From contig CAYVXB010000001.1 in assembly GCA_964454275.1 (NCBI GenBank), forward strand, positions 1-31,661: a DNA stretch of 31,661 bases, given 5' to 3'. Positions 9,889-19,744 of this stretch are shown here, one piece after another. Position 1 is the first letter of the stretch. Each line of letters opens with the position of its first letter. This DNA is from an uncultured Chitinophagaceae bacterium (GTDB lineage: Bacteria > Bacteroidota > Bacteroidia > Chitinophagales > Chitinophagaceae). The notes below the pieces were generated by a model, which saw only the letters and a list, made by a program, of their open reading frames with translations, did no database searches and was not told the DNA's origin. A program made the translations under genes and the position numbers.

Positions 9889-10509
9889 ATGGAAACTTTT
9901 AATAACATAACATCAGAATTGGAATCCATAAGCTTTGTTGTATCAAAAATTCCTAAATATGAAGCATGGGATGTTCCAAAAGGCTACTTTGATTGCATTC
10001 TTCCAGCCGTATTAAAATCAATAAAAACTGAAAAAATGAATGCTCAGGCAATAAACAATGACGCATTCGTTGAACTAGAGGAGATTTCCCCTCTACTAGC
10101 ATCCATATCTAAAGAAAATTTATTTGCTGTTCCAACAAATTATTTTACTACTTATAAACCTAATATAGATAAAGAGGGGGCTAAAATTGTGCCTATTACA
10201 ACCAAAAAAACAATCAATTATACATGGTTAGTAGCTGCAAGCATAACATTATTGATCGGGCTCAGTTTATTTTGGGTAAACCAGCATTTCAAAAAAAATG
10301 AACCAGATGTTATGGCTATTTGGGCAGAGACCATTGACAAAATTGACGAAAAATATTTAGTAACCTATATTAATAATAATAGGACTCTAAGTGATCCTTT
10401 TGTGATAAATACAAAACTAAATTGGGATATGGATATTAGTGAACAAATAAACTCTATAGATGAAAGGGAAATAAGGCAATATATTTTAGAAAATGACTAT
10501 TTAATGTAG
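9889..10509 (+). CDS. Putative anti-sigma factor (single TM)
   Basis: Follows the ECF sigma gene; two VPxxYF repeats, then TM segment WLVAASITLLIGLSLF. Confidence 0.6.
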   Translation: METFNNITSELESISFVVSKIPKYEAWDVPKGYFDCILPAVLKSIKTEKMNAQAINNDAFVELEEISPLLASISKENLFAVPTNYFTTYKPNIDKEGAKIVPITTKKTINYTWLVAASITLLIGLSLFWVNQHFKKNEPDVMAIWAETIDKIDEKYLVTYINNNRTLSDPFVINTKLNWDMDISEQINSIDEREIRQYILENDYLM

Positions 10510-10563
10510 CAAAGTATACTTTTTATGCTTAACTTACGCCTCTGGATTAAAATTAGCTTAAAA

Positions 10564-10956
10564 ATGAAAAAGAAAATCGCTTATTTTTTTGTATTGTCCA
10601 TTTTAACTTCCTATATTTGTGTGGCACAGGATTCATTAAGGAATGAAAGTGCAGTAGAATCTTTGAAAGTTGCTTTTATAACAAAGCAAATTAACTTAAC
10701 TCCTGAAGAGGCTCAGAAATTTTGGCCTATTTATAATATGTATACTGCAGAGTTGAAAAATAGGCATGAAATTGCATCAAACAATGATGTGTTAGCTCTT
10801 GAAGAGTATGTTTTGGATATTAGAAAGAAGTATAAAGCAAAGTTTTTAACGGTGCTTACTTTAGATAGGTTGAACTTGTTTTATAAATCAGAGAGAGATT
10901 TCATAGAATTTTTACATAGGCATCTCGAAAATAAAAGAAAAAATAAAAATAACTGA
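10564..10956 (+). CDS. Exported helical protein of the ECF triad (Spy/CpxP-like, 'sensor of ECF sigma' type)
   Basis: Signal peptide from ATG 10564 (MKKKIAYFF...AQ); LKVAFITKQINLTPEEAQKFWPIYN motif. Confidence 0.65.
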   Translation: MKKKIAYFFVLSILTSYICVAQDSLRNESAVESLKVAFITKQINLTPEEAQKFWPIYNMYTAELKNRHEIASNNDVLALEEYVLDIRKKYKAKFLTVLTLDRLNLFYKSERDFIEFLHRHLENKRKNKNN

Positions 10957-11002
10957 ATTCAAACAAAGATATTTAACTCGGTGTTTTTCATAGGTTAGCA
11001 AC

Positions 11003-11036
11003 GGCCAGTTCTTTCTAGAACAGGCCTTCTTTTTTT
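11003..11036 (+). terminator. Intrinsic terminator after the apaG/ECF cluster
   Basis: GGCCAGTTCT-TTCT-AGAACAGGCC stem (one mismatch) followed by TTCTTTTTTT. Confidence 0.7.
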
Positions 11037-11078
11037 ATACAGATGCATCATCCGTCTTTTAAAGACATATTGAAGTCT

Positions 11079-11781
11079 TCAATATACCAGCATTGGAGTT
11101 TTTATATCATGATAAAATAGAAATGTCCAATGTTCTTCTTGCCCTTTTTGCCACCATTGTTGGCGTAGTTGCATAGCTAGTTTTCCATTATAATCATACT
11201 TAGCAGTGAATTTGCTCTTCATTTGCAAGTATTGTGGCGCATCATCTCCACCATAAAAAATGATATGGGCTATGAGCTGCAGTAACTTGATATCTAATAT
11301 AGTCATCAACGTATCCTTCCGTTGTGTTTAAAAGCACCACATTAGATAATGTTTTTAAACACTCTAATTTTTCAGCATTAAAGGAGGGTGATTTTTCTTT
11401 TAAGGCAATGTCTAATTCTTTTTTTTGTATATAATACTTTGCACTAGGGAAGGTTATTTGATTATTATTATGTTCATTTTTATATGTCATTCCTCCTGCA
11501 TGATCTTTATGTAAATGACTCATTAATACTTTTGTAACTTGATCTGGATTTATACCTTTTTGTTTAAGGTTATTTAGTAATTGTAATTGTCCATTTTGTG
11601 TAAATCCTAATCCTGTATCTAATAGTATTATATCAAAATCGGTTATTACTACAAAAGGCTGTATCTCTACTAATAAGCTTCCTCTTGATCTATTTTGTAT
11701 ATCATCTTGTTGATTAAAAGGTACAAAGACTTTAGTTGCGTCAACCGTGAAACTGCCTTCTGAAAGGGGAATAATCTTCAT
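11079..11781 (-). pseudogene. Metallo-beta-lactamase-fold hydrolase, frameshifted
   Basis: The 5' ORF (11242-11781) has LLDTG, SHLHKDH and AHSPYH; the 3' ORF (11079-11309, +1 frame) has IIFYGGDDAPQ and FLFYHD. The halves of one MBL fold are joined out of frame near 11260. Confidence 0.8.
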
Positions 11782-11843
11782 AAATATTTTTCAAATGTTC
11801 AAAGAAGTTGGTTTATGCATTTGTAATTCATCAATGCTTCTTC

Positions 11844-13181
11844 TTATCGCAACACCATGTGTCTATCAGCATCTAAACGAATTAAAATAAATAACAATAA
11901 GGTAAATCCAATAAGCGAGGATCCCCCATAACTTAGGAAAGGGAGGGGTATGCCAATTACTGGGGCTAAACCTATAGTCATTCCAATATTGACAATAATA
12001 TGGAAAAAGAAAATACTAGCCACACCGTATGCATAGACTCTGGAAAAAGTGCTTCGCTGCCGTTCTGCAATTACTATAATACGCAATAATAATGTAAGAT
12101 ATATTGCCAATAATGCGAGGCTTCCTAGAAGCCCAAATCCTTCACCAACAGTACAAAAAATAAAATCAGTTCGTTGCTCCGGTACAAAATCATAGCGAGT
12201 TTGTGTACCCTTTAAATAACCTTTTCCAAAAAGACCTCCTGAACCAATAGCTATTTTAGATTGTTTGACGTTATACTCACTTTGGTTTTTTGAGTGCTTA
12301 TTATTTTTTTGATTTTGCAAAGTTATTTGACCTGATTTACTTTCAGGCTCATATTCCTTACCCACTAAGTTCATAATACGATCTACTTGATAAGGCTTTA
12401 GTATATGATTAAATATATATGGAACAGCAAAGCGAGTAATACCTACACACAATAGCCAAGTCATTAATATTAAATAAAATAAAGATTTACGACGACTTGC
12501 TTGTTTCCAAAATATAAAAATAATAAGTACCGTTATACTCGAAAGTATAATAACAAGTGTATTAGGTTTTAACAAAAGTGTCATTATTACAAGTGCAGCC
12601 AAAGAAAAACCAACTATTAAAACCCATACAGGTAGGCCTTCTCGATACATTACTAAAAAGAAAGAAAAATATACCAGTGCCAACCCTGTTTCATTTTGTG
12701 CTATAGTAATAAAGACTGGCAATAGTATAATTATTGTGGCAATTAATTGTGAACGAGTACGTTGAAAATTAGTCTCAACTCTGCTAATATATTTTGCCAA
12801 CGCTAATGTTGTGAAGACCTTACATATTTCGGATGGCTGTATACGAAATGAGCCCAATACCAACCATGATTTGGAGCCTTTTATTTCAGTACCAACAATA
12901 ATAGTAATTAACAACAACAATATTCCTACACCGTACATCAAATTGGACATCGCTGTAAAGAATTTACTATCTGTCAATAAAATAAAAATGGCCAATATGC
13001 TACAAATACCTACCCATAAAAGCTGTTTAGCATAATCAGTGGATTGCTTGGATATACTTCTCAAAATATTTTCGCCTTCTTTATATTCGTTAGCAAAAAT
13101 GCATAACAATCCTATCGTTATTAAAATAATATATAACCAAATCAGGGATCGATCAATACCCTTTGATACATTACGATTCAT
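11844..13181 (-). CDS. rodA: Rod shape-determining protein RodA (SEDS)
   Basis: Multi-TM; IQPSEICK, QNETG, SKIAIGSGG, FVPEQRTDFIF, GIPLPFLSYGGSS; adjacent to PBP2. Confidence 0.95.
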   Translation of the reverse strand: MNRNVSKGIDRSLIWLYIILITIGLLCIFANEYKEGENILRSISKQSTDYAKQLLWVGICSILAIFILLTDSKFFTAMSNLMYGVGILLLLITIIVGTEIKGSKSWLVLGSFRIQPSEICKVFTTLALAKYISRVETNFQRTRSQLIATIIILLPVFITIAQNETGLALVYFSFFLVMYREGLPVWVLIVGFSLAALVIMTLLLKPNTLVIILSSITVLIIFIFWKQASRRKSLFYLILMTWLLCVGITRFAVPYIFNHILKPYQVDRIMNLVGKEYEPESKSGQITLQNQKNNKHSKNQSEYNVKQSKIAIGSGGLFGKGYLKGTQTRYDFVPEQRTDFIFCTVGEGFGLLGSLALLAIYLTLLLRIIVIAERQRSTFSRVYAYGVASIFFFHIIVNIGMTIGLAPVIGIPLPFLSYGGSSLIGFTLLLFILIRLDADRHMVLR

Positions 13182-13252
13182 ACAGTAAAATGCAAATTAA
13201 ATTGATATATATTCATTTATAAACCAATATTTTCAACGGTATACATCTTTTC

Positions 13253-15163
13253 CTACTTTTTATAATTATGTTGTACATACCATTGCTTAATTAAAGGAGA
13301 AATTAAATTCGCATTAGCAATCCGATCTATCTCCGAGAATTTTTTATTTGAAATATTACCTTTTAAATATTTTTCTATCATAAGAGAAGCAATGGGGGCA
13401 GCCCAAGTGGCTCCATAGCCTGCATTCTCAATAACAACAGCAATAGCAATTTGAGGATTTTCTCTTGGGGCAAAGCATACAAATACAGAATGATTTGCTT
13501 GCTTTACAGGCCTACCGTATATGATTGCATAGTTCTCAACTGTTCCTGTTTTGGCACAAATACGAATGCTATCAACCTTAGCTACTTTAGCTGTTCCATT
13601 TAATACAACTTGTTCCATTCCTTCCATTACGGCCTCAAAAGCAGAATCATTAATATGAACAGTTTGTATAGGCCGCCTGAATTTGCTAAGAATAGTGTCT
13701 TCTAGCGTTTCTCCTTCAATTGATTTGACGATGTGAGGGATGAAGTAAAATCCCTTATTGGCAATAATACAAGCAGTATTAGCTAGCTGCAATGGCGTTA
13801 CTTGTATATCTCCTTGGCCTATTCCTAACGAGTTAATACTGCATGAATTCCATTGATTTCTACCAAAAAATCGAGGGTTATTATATCTATTTGTGTCAGG
13901 GATATAACCACCGTATTCTCCAGTAAGGTCTATACCTAATCTATGTCCTAACCCAAAAGCATTCATATAATGTTTCCACTCCATCAATCCCTGCGTAATA
14001 CCTTTGTATTTAACATTATCAACCGCTAAACGAAATATGTGTGTAAAATAAGAATTGCAAGAATTGGCAATGGCTAGTTTTAAATTAGCAGCATGCCCAC
14101 CACCACTATGTGTACATGCTGGGCGGCCACATGGAGTATAACGACCATAACAATTATACCCAAAATTGGGGGTAATAAGCCCTTCATCCAAGGCAACTAA
14201 CGCTCCCAATGGTTTAAACGTAGAACCAGGAGGGTATACACCCTGTATAGCCCGATTGTACATAGGCCTTGCTGTATCTGTTTGTAAATAACCATAGTAA
14301 TGCCTAGAATTCGGACCTGTAAGTAAATTCGGATCGTAAGAGGGCGAGGATGCTATTGCCAATATACCACCCGTTTTAGGTTCTATAGCCACAGCACTAC
14401 CTATTTTATTTTGTAATAATTTCTCTAGCAATATTTGTAGATCAATATCTAGGTATGTTTGAAGATTACGTCCTGCCAAAGCGGGCACATCAAATTCTCC
14501 ATCCGCATAAGAGCCTTGAATTCTATTTTTATTATCTCTAATAAGATGTTGTATTCCACGTTGACCCATTAAAATACTTTCATAATATGCTTCAAGACCA
14601 GAGCGTCCAGCCCAATCCCCTATTTCATAGAAATAATTAGAACGTTTAATAATGTTAGAATCTACTTCACCAATGTAGCCTAATATGTGCGCTGCCGCTT
14701 TATAAGGATATATACGTATTGGTCTTTCTAGTAGATCAAAACCTGGTAAGCGATACAAATTTTCATCTAATTGTGCATACAGTTCTGGTGTAAGTAGTGG
14801 TTCAAATACAGAGGGTCTATACTTTGTATTTTTAACAATTGCATCAAGTATTCTTTTACGAAAAATTATAGTATCAATATGTAAAAGTTGACATAGGTAA
14901 GCTGTATCTAAATGCTTAATTTGATAGGGCGTTACCGTTAAATCATATATGATTGAATTGTTCAATACCGCTTTTCCTTTCCTATCAAAAACAATACCCC
15001 TATTAGGATATATTTTCTTTTTATAGATGGCATTTTCATCAGCTAAGCGTTGGTATTTACCTGATAAAACTTGTAAATTAAATAACTGTGCTGCTATGAT
15101 AGCTATAATAGCTATAAATATGAATTTAATAATTTTACTCCTAGACTGTGTGTATATAGGCAT
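13253..15163 (-). CDS. mrdA: Penicillin-binding protein 2
   Basis: N-terminal TM, PNRGIVFDR, SxxK (GSTFK), SxN (SCN), KTG (KTGT); ATG at 15163. Confidence 0.95.
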   Translation of the reverse strand: MPIYTQSRSKIIKFIFIAIIAIIAAQLFNLQVLSGKYQRLADENAIYKKKIYPNRGIVFDRKGKAVLNNSIIYDLTVTPYQIKHLDTAYLCQLLHIDTIIFRKRILDAIVKNTKYRPSVFEPLLTPELYAQLDENLYRLPGFDLLERPIRIYPYKAAAHILGYIGEVDSNIIKRSNYFYEIGDWAGRSGLEAYYESILMGQRGIQHLIRDNKNRIQGSYADGEFDVPALAGRNLQTYLDIDLQILLEKLLQNKIGSAVAIEPKTGGILAIASSPSYDPNLLTGPNSRHYYGYLQTDTARPMYNRAIQGVYPPGSTFKPLGALVALDEGLITPNFGYNCYGRYTPCGRPACTHSGGGHAANLKLAIANSCNSYFTHIFRLAVDNVKYKGITQGLMEWKHYMNAFGLGHRLGIDLTGEYGGYIPDTNRYNNPRFFGRNQWNSCSINSLGIGQGDIQVTPLQLANTACIIANKGFYFIPHIVKSIEGETLEDTILSKFRRPIQTVHINDSAFEAVMEGMEQVVLNGTAKVAKVDSIRICAKTGTVENYAIIYGRPVKQANHSVFVCFAPRENPQIAIAVVIENAGYGATWAAPIASLMIEKYLKGNISNKKFSEIDRIANANLISPLIKQWYVQHNYKK

Positions 15164-15234
15164 CAAAAATGCATTTGCAATAAGTGCAAGATAAGCTAGG
15201 TTAACCCAAAATTAAGAAGGTATTATTGTATATA

Positions 15235-15930
15235 TTAATCTCCAGCAACAAAAGCTTGTATTAACCACTTGCCAGCTTCTTTTCCTAAGATTAATCTATA
15301 ATCTATGGGAGAATAAATATACTTATAATATACCCATCCTTTTATTTTCTTTTTACCATTTGGCATTTGTATTTGATACCAAGTTGGTCTACCTACTTCA
15401 TTTTTCCCTTTTGTACGTAAGGCTCCAGAAGTATTAGATACAAATGAAACAATATTATAATTAAGCATTAAAAGAGTTTTTGAAGCAAGGCTGGGGCTTT
15501 GTTTTAATGCTACATCTTTTCCTGTAATTAAAGCCATACTAAATACATCTTCATTTTTTTCAGGTTGCACACAAAATACATATGGAATACTATAGTCACT
15601 AGTGTCACCTGAAAAACTATTTGTGTAACAACCTGGCATGGACAACACTCTATTCATGTAATACCAAAAAGAACTATTTGACTTTTCTAATTTCCATATT
15701 TTTTTAAATTCTTTTATACCGCCACTTCCTCCAAAATCATTTTTTATGTTTGAACTAAGCATAGCATATATAAATGCAGTGTCCTTTTTTTGCACAGCAC
15801 TTTTAAACTGCACTAAAAACATTTTTAAAGAAGAATCTTGTATTGATTCACTTGGCGGAGGAAATTTTCTTTCTTGTGCAATAGTAAAAGTTGTTATTAA
15901 TAAAAATGAAATTGAAAATAAATGTCTCAT
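15235..15930 (-). CDS. Exported protein with SH3b-like domain
   Basis: Signal peptide, FGGSGGIKEF segment, ITGKDVALKQSPS...WYQI...GWV SH3b-like pattern, C-terminal GKWLIQAFVAGD. Confidence 0.6.
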   Translation of the reverse strand: MRHLFSISFLLITTFTIAQERKFPPPSESIQDSSLKMFLVQFKSAVQKKDTAFIYAMLSSNIKNDFGGSGGIKEFKKIWKLEKSNSSFWYYMNRVLSMPGCYTNSFSGDTSDYSIPYVFCVQPEKNEDVFSMALITGKDVALKQSPSLASKTLLMLNYNIVSFVSNTSGALRTKGKNEVGRPTWYQIQMPNGKKKIKGWVYYKYIYSPIDYRLILGKEAGKWLIQAFVAGD

Positions 15931-15933
15931 CTT

Positions 15934-17868
15934 TTAGTATTTAACAATTGTTTGTTGCATAATAAGATTGATAAACTCTTCTATAGTTTTTGTGCCTAAA
16001 TCACCTTCCCCTTGTTTGCGAACAGCAAGTTTATTTTCATTGACTTCTTTTTCGCCAATAACAAGCATGTAAGGCACTTTCATGAGTTCGGTATCTCTAA
16101 TTTTTTTACCAATTTTTTCATTTCTATCATCTATTTCTACACGAATGTTTGCTGTTTTTAGTTCTTCTAAAACTTTTTCAGCATAAGGTAAAAATTTATC
16201 GCTAATAGGTAGAATCTTAACCTGTACAGGTGTTAACCAAATGGGAAATTTTCCAGCACAGTGTTCTATAAGCACGGCAACAAAACGCTCTAATGATCCA
16301 AATGGAGCACGGTGAATCATTACTGGACGGTGTTTTTGATTGTCTTCTCCAATATACGTTAAGTCAAAACGTTCGGGTAAATTATAATCTACTTGTATAG
16401 TTCCTAATTGCCATTTACGACCAATGGCATCTTTTACCATAAAATCTAATTTAGGGCCATAGAATGCGGCTTCGCCATATTCTGTTATAGTTTTTAAATT
16501 CTTTTCTGCTGCAGTTTCTATAATAGCTTGTTCTGCTAAATTCCAATTTTCTTCTGTACCAATGTATTTAGAACGATCTACTTTATCTCTTAAAGAAATT
16601 TGAGCCACATAATCTTTAAAATCTAATGCATCTAAAACGTATAATACAATATCAATTACTTTTTTAAATTCCTCTTTTACCTGATGAGGCATACAAAATA
16701 AATGCGCATCATCTTGTGTAAATCCACGAACACGAGTTAAGCCATGTAAAGCGCCATGTTTTTCATATCGATACACGGTACCAAATTCTGCAAAACGCAA
16801 AGGAAGTTCTTTATACGATCGCATTTGGGAACGATAAATTTCGCAATGATGCGGACAATTCATTGGCTTTAAAAAAAACTCTTCACCTTCTTGTGGAGTT
16901 TTAATGGGTTGAAAGCTATCTTCCCCATATTTTTCATAATGACCAGAAGTAACATATAATTCTTTTTGACCAATATGTGGTGTTACTACAGGTAAATAAC
17001 CGGCTTTAACTTGTAATTGTTGTAAAAATTTTTGTAGATTTTCACGAAGTACAGTTCCTTTAGGCAACCATAAAGGCAAACCCATACCTACTTTTTCAGA
17101 AAAAGTAAATAGCTCTAATTCTTTTCCTATTTTTCGATGGTCCCGTTTTTTAGCTTCTTCTAAAAAAACTAAATATTCATCTAATTCTTTTTGTGTTGGA
17201 AAACTAATACCATAAACACGTGTAAGCATTTTGCGTTTGATATCGCCTCGCCAATATGCACCAGCAATACTAGTAAGTTTAATGGCTTTTATAAAACCGG
17301 TATGTGGTAAATGTGGCCCACGGCACAGATCGGTGAAATTTCCTTGTGAGTAGAAAGTAATATCGCCATCTGTTAATCCATCAATCAATTCTAATTTATA
17401 TTCATCTCCTTTTTGTTTAAAATATTCAATAGCTTCTTTTTTAGAAATATTTTTTCGCTGAAAATGATTATTTTGTTTGGCAAGCTCGGCCATCTTATTT
17501 TCTATCTTTCGCAAATCTTCATCGCTAATTTGTCTATCGCCTAAATCAATGTCATAATAAAACCCATTTTCAATGGGGGGGCCAATACCTAATTTAACAC
17601 CAGGAAATGCAGCTTCTAATGCTTCTGCCATTAGATGTGCAGAAGAATGCCAAAAAGCATATTTACCTTTTTCTTCATTCCAGGTTAATAGTTTTATGGT
17701 AGCATCTTTTTCGATGGGTCGAGTAGCATCCCATATTTCGCCATTTATTTCGGCTGCTAATACTTTTTTAGCTAAGCCTTCAGAAATGGATTTAGCTATA
17801 TCTAAACTTGTTGCACCTTTTTCGTAGGATCGAATAGCGCCATCTGGAAAAGTTATGTTGATACTCAT
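15934..17868 (-). CDS. thrS: Threonine--tRNA ligase
   Basis: TGS domain, HSSAH and DLCRGPH editing motifs, [31 protein letters not shown]. Confidence 0.98.
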   Translation of the reverse strand: MSINITFPDGAIRSYEKGATSLDIAKSISEGLAKKVLAAEINGEIWDATRPIEKDATIKLLTWNEEKGKYAFWHSSAHLMAEALEAAFPGVKLGIGPPIENGFYYDIDLGDRQISDEDLRKIENKMAELAKQNNHFQRKNISKKEAIEYFKQKGDEYKLELIDGLTDGDITFYSQGNFTDLCRGPHLPHTGFIKAIKLTSIAGAYWRGDIKRKMLTRVYGISFPTQKELDEYLVFLEEAKKRDHRKIGKELELFTFSEKVGMGLPLWLPKGTVLRENLQKFLQQLQVKAGYLPVVTPHIGQKELYVTSGHYEKYGEDSFQPIKTPQEGEEFFLKPMNCPHHCEIYRSQMRSYKELPLRFAEFGTVYRYEKHGALHGLTRVRGFTQDDAHLFCMPHQVKEEFKKVIDIVLYVLDALDFKDYVAQISLRDKVDRSKYIGTEENWNLAEQAIIETAAEKNLKTITEYGEAAFYGPKLDFMVKDAIGRKWQLGTIQVDYNLPERFDLTYIGEDNQKHRPVMIHRAPFGSLERFVAVLIEHCAGKFPIWLTPVQVKILPISDKFLPYAEKVLEELKTANIRVEIDDRNEKIGKKIRDTELMKVPYMLVIGEKEVNENKLAVRKQGEGDLGTKTIEEFINLIMQQTIVKY

Positions 17869-17936
17869 GTTTTTGAAAATAATTATCTTGTAGAGTGCTC
17901 TAAAAGGACAAAATAAAGATTTTAATGGGATTTTGA

Positions 17937-19418
17937 TTAAGAATTTCTAACACTCTGCTCATATCTGATTAAATTATTGGGATCATACTTATTTTTAATT
18001 TTCTGAAGTCTTGTATAACTATCTCCATAATAAGCGTTTTCCCAATTTTTAAAATCTATACTTGGATAATTACAATATTGTGTAGTAGCGCCATTATTAC
18101 TAAAGATTTGTTCGACTTCTTTAAATTTTTCCATCAATCTTGAACCTTGTTTTTCATTTTCCCAATACGTTTGTAATTCTGAAATAAAATTATAATCTCG
18201 ATGTGGAAAAGCTGCATGAGATTTAAAAGCAGCATTTTGAATATTGCCCCCTAGTGTATTTACCTGATACATCATTCCGGGTGTAGTAGTTACCATTTCT
18301 AATGCTGGGATAATACAATCTTTAATGTCATTAAAATTTTTATATAAACCTACAGATGCATTTTTAAAATAAGGAGGGTCTTGCGCTCCATAATAAACCT
18401 TTAATGCATGGGCTATATTTTTCGATTGATTAACAGTTGTTTTATTTACTAATATAGAAAGCGCATCACTTATTTTTTTTATTTCGCTATCATTGTTTTT
18501 GTAATCGGTTATAAGAATCGTTATATTTTGTTGATTTAATACAAAGGCAGAAAAACATGACAGCGGTAAGCTAGGTGTAAGTTGCATCCATTTTTCTAAG
18601 ATAGTTACAGCACGTGTTGCATCTACATGATACGCTTTAAAACGATAACTGTTAAATTGTTGGGGCGCATCATGCACAGTAAATTTCATTTCTGTGATGA
18701 CACCAAAATTTCCATTTCCTCCCCCCTTGCAAGCCCATAATAGTTCAGGATCATCTTTTGAATTTATGATATTTCCTTTCCCATCCACCATAGTTACTTC
18801 TATTAAGCTATCGCATGTTAATCCGTATTGACGACTAAAAAAACCATAACCACCTCCTAGAGTAAGCCCTCCAACTCCCACCGTACCACAAGACCCTGCA
18901 GGTAAAATTTTATTTTGCGGCAACAGGATACTGTATAGGTTTGCTAATGTACAAGCAGGCCCTACTTTTATAGTGTTGTCATCTACCCATGTTACTTCAT
19001 CCAAAAAAGAAAGATTAATAACCATTCCATCATTGTTAGAAGAAAAGCCTTCAAAACAATGCCCACCACTTTTTACTGAAACGGCTAAATTATTTTGTTT
19101 TGCATATTGTATGGATTCTACTACACCTTGTGTATTTTTACATACTGCAATAATGGCTGGATATTTCTGAATTCTCTTATTATATACTTGCCTTAATCGA
19201 TCATATTGCTCATCGTCTTTTTTATAAAAAGTAACGTTGTCGTTAGTTTTAGAGGTTGTCGTATTTTTAGGAGTGGTGTGTGCAGTTGTATCATTCCGAG
19301 CATTTTCTTTTTTATTATTCGATTGGCAAGAGCTAATATAAAAGCCCAATCCTGTTAACGCTGCAAGTTTTATAAATTCTCTACGTTGATATTTTTTTTG
19401 ACTGTTATTCATAGTCAT
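17937..19418 (-). CDS. Berberine-bridge-enzyme-like FAD oxidoreductase; predicted Tat lipoprotein
   Basis: QRREFIK Tat motif, ISSC lipobox, SGGHC and [22 protein letters not shown]-binding motifs, [12 protein letters not shown]-terminal YCNY...YYG...[13 protein letters not shown]. Confidence 0.9.
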   Translation of the reverse strand: MTMNNSQKKYQRREFIKLAALTGLGFYISSCQSNNKKENARNDTTAHTTPKNTTTSKTNDNVTFYKKDDEQYDRLRQVYNKRIQKYPAIIAVCKNTQGVVESIQYAKQNNLAVSVKSGGHCFEGFSSNNDGMVINLSFLDEVTWVDDNTIKVGPACTLANLYSILLPQNKILPAGSCGTVGVGGLTLGGGYGFFSRQYGLTCDSLIEVTMVDGKGNIINSKDDPELLWACKGGGNGNFGVITEMKFTVHDAPQQFNSYRFKAYHVDATRAVTILEKWMQLTPSLPLSCFSAFVLNQQNITILITDYKNNDSEIKKISDALSILVNKTTVNQSKNIAHALKVYYGAQDPPYFKNASVGLYKNFNDIKDCIIPALEMVTTTPGMMYQVNTLGGNIQNAAFKSHAAFPHRDYNFISELQTYWENEKQGSRLMEKFKEVEQIFSNNGATTQYCNYPSIDFKNWENAYYGDSYTRLQKIKNKYDPNNLIRYEQSVRNS

Positions 19419-19423
19419 ATTAG

Positions 19424-19738
19424 TTAATCACAGTATGCAATAATACCCATTTGTTTATTGACAGCTCTTTCTAAAATTTGGAACATTTTACTCATGGAGC
19501 TTTTATGTTTTTGGTTATCAAACTTTTTGATTACTTGGGATGATAGCTTGTGGTATTTTTCATTTACTTGTTCGTAAGTCCAGCGAAAATCTTTATAAAA
19601 ATCGAGCCAGGCCTCTATTATATTTATTTTTTGTAGATACTCAAAATCGTCATATTCTAATCCACCCACATATGTAAGAAGATTGGGGCCTCCATTGGGC
19701 TTAGTTTCTGTGTCCTGTATTAAGTAAAAGTCTAACAT
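19424..19738 (-). CDS. Hypothetical protein (104 aa)
   Basis: Clean ORF filling the gap between the GH3 and oxidase genes, with 6- and 5-nt gaps. Confidence 0.75.
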   Translation of the reverse strand: MLDFYLIQDTETKPNGGPNLLTYVGGLEYDDFEYLQKINIIEAWLDFYKDFRWTYEQVNEKYHKLSSQVIKKFDNQKHKSSMSKMFQILERAVNKQMGIIAYCD

Positions 19739-19744
19739 GAAACA

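Noticed and set aside
17890-17902. TAGAGTGCTCTA dyad upstream of thrS as a tRNA-mimic operator
   Set aside because: The 2-nt centre cannot form an anticodon-like loop, and there is no Thr-anticodon mimic.
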